Of a stretch of DNA of 64,000 nucleotides, positions 26,047-39,952 are shown in pieces (position 1 is the stretch's first letter; every line of letters begins with the position of its first letter). The notes under the pieces were generated by a model. It did not search any database. It worked only from the letters and a program-made list of their open reading frames with translations, and was not told where the DNA came from. The DNA is from Octopus vulgaris (Eukaryota). The DNA lies in assembly GCA_951406725.2 (NCBI GenBank), contig OX597817.1, forward strand, positions 148,738,001 through 148,802,000, read 5' to 3'. The translations under genes were made by a program, and so were the position numbers.

Positions 26047-28027
26047 CATACATACATATCTTTGAGTATGTGCCTGCGTCTATATGCATAACAAATATAC
26101 AGAAGGAACCGCCATTGTCACCTATCAGAACAGTGGCCAATAGATTGGCATTACCTTCAACTTTCCGAAAGCAGGATGCTAAGATATTCGCTGTAGCTTA
26201 ATTGCATTTGACAGAATTAATTCGGAAATATTACCCTTGATAGGCAACTCGTTTGATGGAAATATCTTTTGATCTTCTTAAGACATATCGTGCGCTATTA
26301 ATTTACTTACGCTAGTTTTGTAAAATTTTGATATAAATTGCAGTACTGAACGCGATACCAAAGTTTAGCTACAGCTCCTGCAAACAAGAAACACATTGAT
26401 ACGAGCTCTGAGGAATAACTCTCTAATATTTCTATTATGTGTTATTATTCTGAAATGTAGAAGAGCTTGGCCTCTCACCGTTTACAAATACTTCGACCTA
26501 CGTTCATACGCCAACTTTCTCTGACGCACTACATCTCCTAGATAGTCATATAATATGTGAATAGTTTAATCTGTTCAATGTATATTCCATCTTTATTCAC
26601 GTATAACGAATATTACGTGTCTTAGACATTTGTATAGCCAAGGGGTAGTATATCAATTATATCTTTGAATGTCATTTCCAGTTTGTAACCAACCTGTTGC
26701 AGCTATTTCGTTCAATGTCTTTCAGCTAGCTTATTCTTCTTTAAAATTATATTCACCTTTCCAAGTCAGTTCAATTGAAAATCTAATCCTTATGTGTTAT
26801 GATATTCACATGCAGATGTCTTTAAAATGTTCTAATACATAATTAAATCTGAGGCTTTGCGAGTCGATGAACTGCGAAAATTATCTCTAACGCTTGTTTT
26901 CATTGCTAACTAGAATACAGTTTATTGATTAATTTAGACGATTTCTTTTCATATTTCCAAGCTGATATCTGCGAATATGAGCAGCTTCCTGTTATTTATT
27001 GAATTTTAGTTATTTGTTTATATCATTATAATTTGTTTTTTGCTTAATTTAAAGATATCTCAGATCTCAAATAAATTATCAGTCATAACTCCTAATTGAG
27101 TGTTGTATAGCGATTTTTAAAGATTTTTTTAGGCTGTGATTCGATTCTTTAAAAAGAAACACCCTATTATACAATAATATTTACTTTGTTATCAAGTCAC
27201 CTGATCTAGATCCGATATCTTAGAAGCTAAAAAGTAAATTTGCACAAACGTAATAGGAATCCATTTAATCAAGGAATCTCAACCAAACCACGTGATATAA
27301 ATTTGGGCGAAGCAGATCCCAACAACAAACAACAATTATAACTGCAAGTGGGAAGTTTATTAAAAGATTATCGTCCGAAATACCATTCCTTCATCCCTGA
27401 TGTCAATCGTGGCAATCGTCATTGATAATATTTCTGATTAAGAAGTATCAATTGGTTATCACGTGTTTTGTTTAATTAGGGGAGAAACACATATTTGGTT
27501 TGTATTTTTAGGGAAAATTTCGGCTCTCGTGAGACAACCAAGGCATCAGCGTAGTAATATAATGAGTGATAAATCTCTTTTCGGGTGAGAGATAATTACA
27601 AATGGGTTCTTCGGTTGTTCAAAATATAAGATGAAAATTTGAAAAAACTCCATGAGTGGGAGGGAGATAACCCTTTATAAATTTTCGGACAGTATTTAGA
27701 GAAATAAGGCAGGTTCAGGCCTGACACTTACAGACAATCATTGAGAGTAATTGACATATTTAAGTTTTTTTAGATGTCTTTAGTTAAACGTATTCTACTC
27801 ACTTGTACACACAAACACACATGTATACATACACGCACACACGTGTATACACAAACGCACACATATATGTGCGTATGTATGTATATATATATATATATAT
27901 ATATATCACAATCAAGGAACGGCCATAATAGGCCATTCACCCACTAGAAATAACAGCCAAAAGCTTTAACCGCAAAATAACATTAATACCGTAAACCAGG
28001 AGAAAATTGAAAAACTTTTACCCTGTA

Positions 28028-28134
28028 ATTTCTTAGACGATGCACCGTTTCATCTACCGTTTAATGGTAAACTAACCTGATTAAATTAAATCAAGCCAAT
28101 CCACCATAGGCCCTTAGACTCATCAGTAAGAAAT
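28028..28134 (-). ncRNA. Type I hammerhead ribozyme (inverted copy)
   Basis: Reverse complement of the motif at 28697-28803. Confidence 0.85.
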
Positions 28135-28696
28135 AGCCAAATCGGAACAGATATTTTTCACGAGGCATTCCTCTTGTTGCCTCGGCAATATCTGACCTAA
28201 AATTTTCAAATCGTCGCACTCGCGCCAAATTTATCGGCAGCAAGGATTGGCTTGATTTAATTTAATCAGGTTAGTTTACCATTAAACGGTAGATGAAACG
28301 GTGCATCGTCTAAGAAATTACAGGGTAAAAGTTTTTCAATTTTCTCCTGGTTTACGGTATTAATGTTATTTTGCGGTTAAAGCTTTTGGCTGTTATTTCT
28401 AGTGGGTGAATGGCCTATTATGGCCGTTCCTTGATTGTGATGTTGAACGTAAAAATGGTTTATGACTATTTAATTTTTTCCTACTAGGCCGCTGGTGGCA
28501 AAAGAATTCTACAAAATTTTTTTTGCCACCCTATATTGATTAATTATGAATTTTCTGGTTAGTTCCGTAACGGAATCGGTGGTTCATTTGCTGCCGATAA
28601 ATTTGGCGCGAGTGCGACGATTTGAAAATTTTAGGTCAGATATTGCCGAGGCAGCAAGTGGAATGCCTCGTGAAAAATATCTGTTCCGATTTGGCT

Positions 28697-28803
28697 ATTT
28701 CTTACTGATGAGTCTAAGGGCCTATGGTGGATTGGCTTGATTTAATTTAATCAGGTTAGTTTACCATTAAACGGTAGATGAAACGGTGCATCGTCTAAGA
28801 AAT
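28697..28803 (+). ncRNA. Type I hammerhead ribozyme with extended stem II
   Basis: Stem I atttctta/taagaaat; CUGAUGA 28705-28711; stem II gtcta/tagat; GAAA 28780-28783; self-complementary stem III acggtgcatcgt; GUC with predicted cleavage after 28795. Confidence 0.88.
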
Positions 28804-29181
28804 TACAGGGTAAAAGTTTTTCAATTTTCTCCTGGTTTACGGTATTAATGTTATTTTGCGGTTAAAGCTTTTGGCTGTTATTTCTAGTGGGTGAATGGCC
28901 TATTATGGCCGTTCCTTGATTGTGATGTTGAACGTAAAAATGGTTTATGACTATTTAATTTTTTCCTACTAGGCCGCTGGTGGCAAAAGAATCCTACAAA
29001 ATTTTTTTTGCCACCCTATATTGATTAATTATGAATTTTCTGGTTAGTTCCGTAACGGAATCGGTGGTTCATTTGCTGCCGATAAATTTGGCGCGAGTGC
29101 GACGATTTGAAAATTTTAGGTCAGATATTGCCGAGGCAGCAAGAGGAATGCCTCGTGAAAAATATCTGTTCCGATTTGGCT

Positions 29182-29288
29182 ATTTCTTACTGATGAGTCT
29201 AAGGGCCTATGGTGGATTGGCTTGATTTAATTTAATCAGGTTAGTTTACCATTAAACGGTAGATGAAACGGTGCATCGTCTAAGAAAT
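29182..29288 (+). ncRNA. Type I hammerhead ribozyme with extended stem II (next unit)
   Basis: Same as 28697-28803 shifted by 485; predicted cleavage after 29280. Confidence 0.88.
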
Positions 29289-29509
29289 TACAGGGTAAAA
29301 GTTTTTCAATTTTCTCCTGGTTTACGGTATTAATGTTATTTTGCGGTTAAAGCTTTTGGCTGTTATTTCTAGTGGGTGAATGGCCTATTATGGCCGTTCC
29401 TTGATTGTGATGTTGAACGTAAAAATGGTTTATGACTATTTAATTTTTTCCTACTAGGCCGCTGGTGGCAAAAGAATTCTACAAAATTTTTTTTGCCACC
29501 CTATATTGA

Positions 29510-29563
<54 letters not shown>

Positions 29564-29609
29564 TTGATTGAGCGCGCGCATGTGTGTGTAGATAGATAGA
29601 CAGACAGAC

Positions 29610-29677
<68 letters not shown>

Positions 29678-29678
29678 G

Positions 29679-29722
<44 letters not shown>

Positions 29723-30089
29723 TGTCTGCGAGTAATTGTCGAAAGCGTGTGTCTGTTTCTTTCTGCATATTGCCTTCATGTAGTTCGTTTTCATTTCCCT
29801 ACACAGTATAAGTGCTATAACATTATTCTTCATGATTTCCTGACACTCAGTTAAGTCAACGAGTTAGAAGACAAAGCAAAGTAATTGTAAATGTGCTGAT
29901 CACAATAGAGAAGCGTTCCCATAACTTAATGGTCACCGTTTCTTTCTAGAACTTTTCAGAAATATTACGCTTCCAAATGGAAAACTATTCTGAACTACGA
30001 TAAAAGGAGGAATCATTTCTGCTTCACCCATTTCTTCTGATAACAACCCAATTGTGATATGACCCCATATTTTAAAGTTTTTTGTTTGT

Positions 30090-30450
30090 TTGTTTTTACT
30101 TGTTTCAGTCATTTGACTGCGGCCATGCTGGAGCACCGCCTTTAATCGAGCAACTCGACCCCGAGACTTATTCTTTGTAAGCCCAGTACTTATTCTATCT
30201 GTCTCTTTTGCCGAACCGCTAAGTTACGGGGACATAAACACACCAGCATCGGTTGTCAAGCAATGCTAGGGGGACAAACACAGACACACATATACATATA
30301 TATATATACATATATACGACGGGATTCTTTCAGTTTCCGTCTAACAAATCCACTCACAAGGCTTTGGTCGGTCCGAGGCTATAGTAGAAGACATTTGCCC
30401 AAGGTGCCACGCAGTGGGACTGAACACGGAACCATGTGGTTGGTAAGCAA
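30090..30450 (-). mobile_element. Microsatellite-containing SINE (third family)
   Basis: Reverse complement of the 44514-44890 type, with a short internal TA/CA tract at about 30280-30318. Confidence 0.8.
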
Positions 30451-30690
30451 ATTATTTTTTAAGAGTCGTCGACATATCTTATTTGTTTCCAGTTGCCTCA
30501 TTGAAATAGTCTCCACTCGACTCACCTATCACTTTCTTATTCATTGCTCATGAAAAATTCTATATCTAAGGCACTGATCATTCTCTCCACCTTTAAATTC
30601 TGGACATTCCAAACTCTATAGACGTAACATAGATCAGCAACCTCACCCGTAACCATATAACAACGACAACTTAACATTCATAAAGAAGTA

Positions 30691-31971
30691 CGAGGTCTGA
30701 TCAATAAGTCTCCGGACTGTTGCCATAGTAACATAGCTAAAGCAGACAGGGTAAACCCGCTAGATACACATTGAGCTTGAACTCTCCTGTACATGCACAC
30801 TAAGTCTTAAAATTCTAGCTTAGTTCTCCTGTTTACGCCAGCGATTAGAAGGAAGCTAGGTAGCGTGAGATCGTCGCACTGACCATGACAAAGGACGTTG
30901 TCATGGCGCTACCTGCTCAGAGGCATACACAAAGTTGCAGAAAGTGTATGGAGAGGACTGTATGTGCAGCAAACATGTGTAGGAGTGGGTCAAATATTTC
31001 CAAGATGGCCGAAAAAATGTCGATATTGATGAACGTTCTGGGAGAACTGCAACCAGCAGAACTGAGAAAGTCATCGCAGATGTACGTGCATCTGTGAGGG
31101 GAAATGGTCGAATCCGTGAGTTATTAGTGGATGTGCAGATTAATTACGGTTCAATTCAGTTCATTATCGCTGAAGATTTGGATATGAGATGCGTGTCTTC
31201 CAAATTTGTGCCAAAACTGCTTTCAGCTGACCAAAACGAAACTCAGGTTTCAGTTGCTCAAGATCTTGATTATGCCGAGAACGATGAAAGTTTTTGAAAA
31301 CATAGTGTAGGCTTCTGAGCAGGTATCGCAACGCTTTTGACAAAATTCGATGCATATTCTCTGCTCAAGTATTTCTGTCATGGTGGAGGCGCAATGGCCC
31401 AGTGGTTAGGGCAGCGAACTCGCGGTCATAGGATCGCGGTTTCGATTCCCAGACCGGGCGTTGTGAGTGTTTATTGAGCGAAAACACCTAAAGCTGCACG
31501 AGGCTCCGGCAGGGGATGGTGGTGATCCCTGCTGTACTCTTTCACCACAAATTTCTCTCACTCTTACTTCCTGTTTCTGTTGTACCTGTATTTCAAAGGG
31601 CCGGCCTTGTCACTCTCTGTGTCACGCTGAATATCCCTGAGAACTACATTAAGGGTACACGTGTCTGTGGAGTGCTCAGCCACTTACACGTTAATTTCAC
31701 GAGCAGGCTGTTCCGTTGATTCGGATCAACCGGAACCCTCGTCGTCGTAACCGACGGAGTGCTTCCATCCATTTCTGTCATGGTCAATGCAACGATTACA
31801 CGCTACTCTTCTTCATTCAACGCACTGCTGTACGCAGCGAAAGTGCGCTAGAACGTTAAAACTTAGTGCGCTTGCACAGCAGCGTTCAAGGTCAATCTGT
31901 GCTAAGCGGCTTTACTACCCGTGCTTTAACTTTGTTCAGCAACAGTTCAGATAGTTATTGACCAAGCCACC
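30691..31971 (+). mobile_element. Degenerate mariner element interrupted by a SINE
   Basis: Left TIR (ta)cgaggtctgatcaataagtctccggactgttgc; degenerate right TIR gcaacagttcagatagttattgaccaagccacc. Transposase pieces include EDLDMRCVSSKFVPKLL (WVPxxL-like). Confidence 0.75.
31385..31770 (+). mobile_element. Young tRNA-derived SINE nested in mariner
   Basis: Exact 14-bp TSD atttctgtcatggt at 31371-31384 and 31771-31784; intact A/B boxes. Confidence 0.9.
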
Positions 31972-32159
31972 TATAACCGTCGCAGTGATCAAGTACTGGG
32001 TTGAATGATATCGACTCTCTCGTATCAAAAGATTTAGGATAGGTGCTTATGCTAGAAAGAACTATTTCAAATATCTTCAACCCTCGCTTTTCGCCTACCA
32101 CTTAAAACAATTAGAGTGGTAAGTGTTGTGTGTGTGTGTGTATGTGTGCATATATGTGT

Positions 32160-33180
32160 GTATGTGCGTGAGTGTGTGTGTGTGTGTGTATGCGTGTGTA
32201 TGTGTGCGTGAGTGTGTGGTTAAAAACTTTGACGAATTTGTTGATTACAAAAATATGGATGTAGTCATTGACACAAGGTTTGGTTAGTGTCAATGGTTTG
32301 GTAAATTCCACATTATCTGTTAAATGCGACATGGTTTGGTAATTGCAAATTTGTAGAACCTAAATATACAGAACTATCAGAACTTCTAGGAGATGAGCCA
32401 TTGAAAATATGAATACTACTGCTAATGAGGTTCCCAAACGATATGGTTTTCTTTCTCGTTGTCTTGCTCCAAAAGTCTGAGATGAACTATTTAAAATACT
32501 GTGTGTGTGTGTATGTGTGCATATATGTGTGTCACACACGCTCGGCTTCTTCATTAATTTATTTACGAAATACCTTCAAAGAATTATACAATCCATGTGC
32601 GTGAGTGTGTGTGTGTGTGTGTATGTATGTATATATATGCGTGTGTATGTGTGCGTGAGTGTGTGGTTAAAAACTTTGACGAATTTGTTGATTACAAAAA
32701 TATGGATGTAGTCATTGACACAAGGTTTGGTTAGTGTCAATGGTTTGGTAAATTCCACATTATCTGTTAAATGCGACATGGTTTGGTAATTGCAAATTTG
32801 TAGAACCTAAATATACAGAACTATCAGAACTTCTAGGAGATGAGCCATTGAAAATATGAATACTACTGCTAATGAGGTTCCCAAACGATATGGTTTTCTT
32901 TCTCGTTGTCTTGCTCCAAAAGTCTGAGAGAACTATTTAAAATACTGTAGCAGTCAGGAAGTTGATGATTGCATTAAATATTTAGCGGAAGAAGGCACCA
33001 ATAAGTCGAAGGAAAGACCAGATCTGCTAGACACAGAAAGTAAACAAAGTTATGTAGATTGAAATACGCTTAATTTGTAATTTTAAGTATATTTTCTTTT
33101 CCTTATATATGCATCACACACGCTCGGCTTCTTCATTAATTTATTTACGAAATACCTTCAAAGAATTATACAATCCATCC
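32160..33180. repeat. Local near-identical duplication (A-C-A-B-C arrangement)
   Basis: About 32200-32502 repeated 447 bp later; about 32532-32595 repeated at about 33114-33177. Confidence 0.85.
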
Positions 33181-33216
33181 AAGGTCCTTAATTTCGTATG
33201 TTCTCTCTCACCCTTT

Positions 33217-33271
<55 letters not shown>

Positions 33272-33436
33272 CTATCTATCTATCTCGATATATGTGTGTG
33301 TGTATATGTGTATGTATGTATATATACATTCATATTTATAAGTGTATGTTCGCGTATAATATATATATATAGATATATATATAAATATATATGCATAAGT
33401 ATATGCATATATATAAGTATGCATATGCATATGATA

Positions 33437-33507
<71 letters not shown>

Positions 33508-33618
33508 ATACATGTAAGTATATGTATATATATATATGTATATGCATATATAAATGCATATGTATATATATGTATGTATATACATATATATATGTATATG
33601 CATGTATATAATACATAC

Positions 33619-33655
<37 letters not shown>

Positions 33656-34048
33656 GGTGTATATATCTTTAGAAAACCCAGTTTTCGTTATAAATTCTGC
33701 AAAAGCTCATCCATTTTAAAACATGTAACTTTATTTCAGATTTCCATTATTTTAATGTTGAAACGTTTTTAGTGTTTTTCTTCAGCTCGTTCCTTGGCGA
33801 TTAATTCCAGTTTTAGAATGAGATCGTTAACTCTTTAAACGTTTTCATCCTTATTTCCTCAGCCTACTTCTTTTAAGAATTTCTAACACTACATTACCAA
33901 AACAAAAAGGCAATTAGCGCAGTAAAATTGATGATTAATAAATATTTGTATTATGTCATTAAATAAATTGACAGAGAGTGAGAGAGTCTTACGGGTGTAG
34001 AACGAGATAGATAGATACATATATAGATAGATAGATAGATATATAGAC

Positions 34049-34196
<148 letters not shown>

Positions 34197-34202
34197 TGAT
34201 TG

Positions 34203-34253
<51 letters not shown>

Positions 34254-34264
34254 GATAGATAGAT

Positions 34265-34307
<43 letters not shown>

Positions 34308-34365
34308 CAGATAGATAGACAGATAGACAGATAGACAGACAGGCAGATAGATAGATAATTCGATT

Positions 34366-34421
<56 letters not shown>

Positions 34422-35575
34422 CATACATACGTATATACATATATGTATACATACATACATACAAACATACACACACACACATACATACATAAAGTCAGAG
34501 AAAAAGGAAAGAGAAGAGAGTATGATAAAATTATTAGAAACAAACTTCTAAGAACAAATATTATGATCGATGCAGCAATGAATGTTACGAAAACTTAATA
34601 ATCATTATTAGTATTTTTACATTCGGAAAAATCTGTTAATGGCTTTCTAGAATAAATATGAACTTTGGAATCGTGATATGACGTAATACGCTATTTTTTT
34701 TGTTTTGATTAAATATTATCTAATTTATTGTTATGAATTTCTTTTAAACATGCGGTTTCATTTTGTTGTATTCCTTATTAATGATATCTTAATTATAAGG
34801 ATTATAATTATTTATTGCATTAACGTTGAGTCCCCTGCCTATTCAATGCTTTACAGTAAGTAAAAGCTTCGTCAAGCTTTTCTCCGGAGTATTAGCAACA
34901 GGCGCCATTTGGGAATAGAAGCCCAATAATAATTTGGGTAGTGAAAAGCAGCACCGAAATATGTATCTCATTTTACTCTCAAGTGAACGATTTGAGTGTA
35001 ATCATTTTCGATTTCCATTTAGATTGAGCGTTTGCTTATTTTGTCACTAGTCTTATAACAAGAATGCATTGTGTCCGAAATGTTTAGATTTTTCTTTCTT
35101 TTTCGTATGAATCAGCGACTGTTGACTAAATATCTGGAACAAATGACTGTTGAATCATTCGTTCGATGCCTAAGGCTTAATTACGAAGTCAACCCAGCAA
35201 AACCTGGTTTTAAGCGTTGTTGTGTATTTAAATCTTTTGCGTTCCCTCACAGAGTTCTGCGTTCATCTCTGCAGTATAGTATTTTAAACAATTGTTTCAT
35301 GTAGTAGGATTAGATCTCTCAGCGACCTGTCTTCGAAGCGAAATAGTTTCGCAGAAAACGGAGAAGAATCATATCAGGATCTTCGCTCTTCATCTTGAAT
35401 AGAAAACTTTATGTTCGTTCGTTTTGATACAACTAATTCGCCCTTAGGCGCCATTAACAAACTTAACTTTGTTGCTGCCATGTCCGCCATAACACCCGCT
35501 ACAGATTATATAGATTTTCTCCTAATCTTGTGGCCTTGAGAAAAAACTATGACGAATATATATATACATACATAC

Positions 35576-35619
<44 letters not shown>

Positions 35620-36234
35620 GAGAACCTATATGTTTCGTTTTTGCATTTGGTTTGCAAGTTTCTTTATGTGAGTTCGTGTTTTGAAGCATATTCTGTTGTG
35701 TCTGGGGAGAGTCATTTTCTTTTTTTAGGAAAATAAAAATAAGTAATAATTGGAAATTTTAGCAGTGATCGTGTTAAATTATAAGGCACAGAAAGAAAAT
35801 GACTCTCCCCAGACACAACAGAGAAACTATATGAAATGCCATCAAAAAAACATCTTTATACTGCCCAACACTTTCTATTGAATATAACCATCTTTTACGG
35901 CAATTAGATATACGACAATATACATATTACAGATGTAGTGGAGATGTAAATATAATCCACCATATCCCTCCAAATGTGTAGTCCCTTACCGATGTTAAAA
36001 AGCAGCATTAATTTACACCAGCAGTAGCTTTGATAATTCCACGCTACGTATTGTATGAACATTATTGAACTCAAGTGAAAGAACAACGTTATGCTTTTGT
36101 TTAGTGTTTACCTCCCCGAGACGGACGAAAAGGGAAAATCCCATGGCTGTTGCAGACACACCCTGACTGATATGATCGAAATATTAACCTATATATGTAT
36201 ACACACACACACACGTGAGTAGTTTCGCTTTCAA

Positions 36235-37078
36235 ATATGCGGGAATTTGTCAGAAGGCCACCAGGTAAGCGAAACGACTCACGTCACACGACGAAAACAG
36301 TGACGTTTGGGAGTAAGAGCTTGATGCCTTGGGGATACATAAAAAGTGATGTTCCAAGAAAATTGGTTGAAATTGACAGTAACTTGAATAGTTACAAATA
36401 CATCCAGTTGCTGATGGACAACTTGATACCAAACGTGGATGGATGTTAGATTTTTCAGCATGACGGAGCTCCAGGTCAAAGATCGCGTGCAACTCGGAGT
36501 CTGACTGTTGAAGATGTTACCGTATTGAAAGTTCGGCCAGCTCAGATCCTTGACTTAAATATCATCAAGCAAGTGTGAACATAATTAAAGAGGGGAGCTC
36601 ATCAGAAGTATCCAGGCAATCTTGGAGAAATGTGGGAGTTCAGTCACAGAGTATGGCGTCTCATACCTGTGAAGATGGTGAAGGATTCGTACGCATCTCT
36701 TCTCAGACGCATTGAAGCAATTTTTGAAGCTAAGGGAAGCCACACGAAATATTAACAATGTACAGTAACTTCTTGAAATGAACATTCTGTAATAATGTTT
36801 CATTATAGACATTTTTTTCTGTTTTTAAATACTGTATCTTGATTGGTTTATGTGAGATGGCCGAAAACTTTTGCTTGACCATTTTTGGTGCTGGTTCCGC
36901 ATCTTACTTTCTCATTCAGATCAACTACAACAAAATATAGTGATTAGGTAAGAAAATGACTCCAACAGGGCCAATGTTTCATCTGTAAATAACACGATGA
37001 AAACATCTTCTACTAAGTTGGTAATTTGTAGAAATTTACAATAGTTTGAAATGGCCGAAGACTTTGCACGGTACCGTA
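36235..37078 (+). mobile_element. Tc1-like transposon 3' half (pseudogenised catalytic domain)
   Basis: KTVTFGSKSLMPWG, NLNSYKYIQLL, IFQHDGAP, PAQILDLNII. Motif atggccgaa(a/g)actt repeated at about 36857 and 37051 (IR-DR-like end); terminates near cggtaccgta. Confidence 0.75.
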
Positions 37079-37238
37079 TATATACCCTTTAATTTCGTTT
37101 ACGGGAAACGTTTTGAATTTGCATCTAAAAGCTTCTCTTATGCCAGTTACAGACTAATGAGCCAACTGGCGATACCAGTGTTCTGGTTCTGAACCGCCGA
37201 TATAATGTAGGTTACATATAGTAATGATAATAATAATG

Positions 37239-37308
<70 letters not shown>

Positions 37309-37311
37309 TAA

Positions 37312-37343
<32 letters not shown>

Positions 37344-37345
37344 AG

Positions 37346-37436
<91 letters not shown>

Positions 37437-37453
37437 GTAATAATAATAATAAT

Positions 37454-39266
<1,813 letters not shown>

Positions 39267-39604
39267 GTGGGGGAGCATCATAGCCATGTGTTGAGAGGAA
39301 TTCTTTGGGGTTTGAATAATTCACCTCTGGAAACATGGGTGGTTCTTTCAACATCCTTAAACAACCCTTATTCAGGGACCTTTTGAGCGGGATGGGCTAC
39401 TCAACCTGAAGAAAATTCTAACTGGGCCCCACCTGCAAGGTCATGTGCTGTTTATCTTGATATGAGATCACCATGTCGCGCGCATATGGTTGTGATGCAT
39501 GTGCCTGGTGTACCCTTATCAGACGGGTAGTCATGATGGGTATATTGGGCTTCGTATATTTTACCCCAGTGTCACTTTGATGGCATGAACTGCTCTCTCA
39601 CTCA
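39267..39604 (+). mobile_element. Short non-coding insert between (TAA)n tracts, probably the 3' end of a Dong-type or Dong-mobilised element
   Basis: Complex 340-bp sequence bounded by (TAA)n on both sides; no ORF homology seen. Confidence 0.45.
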
Positions 39605-39882
39605 ATAATAATAATAATAATCCTTGGATGGAATACATAAATAAATGGAATATATAAATAAATGCTTCGCTAAGCGTGTTTCCATATATAACGTGTTTCT
39701 TAAGATGTTATTTCTGGGATGATTACAGTGCAGTCTATACTATCGATAGACGTCGGGTAGACAATGCTCAGTCATTCATTTCTTCGAGCGAAGCATGTAA
39801 TCTTTGGAAACACGCGTAGAGATGCATTAGGTTGGTTATAAATTCCATACTTAGGATTATTATTGCTATTACTATATGTATA

Positions 39883-39952
<70 letters not shown>

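Larger units (their letters stand above)
27905..29513 (+). mobile_element. Retrozyme-like / PLE-derived non-autonomous element: about 2.6 head-to-tail 485-bp units plus an inverted 339-bp 5' copy, inserted in (TA)n
   Basis: Period is exactly 485 (GTC at 28310, 28795, 29280); 27905-28243 is the reverse complement of part of the unit; (TA)n on both sides; each full unit carries a hammerhead. Confidence 0.9.

Noticed and set aside
28494-28545. Helitron-like 3' end (hairpin near terminus) for the 485-bp array
   Set aside because: No CTRR terminus or 5' TC. The hammerhead, inversion and (TA)n flanks fit a retro-mechanism better.
28546-28740. 64-aa ORF repeated in each 485-bp unit (also 29031-29225)
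   Set aside because: No recognisable homology; overlaps the ribozyme core; its recurrence is explained by the repeat itself.
35330-35400. Minus-strand atgaagagc...gcgaaac hammerhead-like words
   Set aside because: Core C3 is missing and there is no valid stem III or cleavage triplet.
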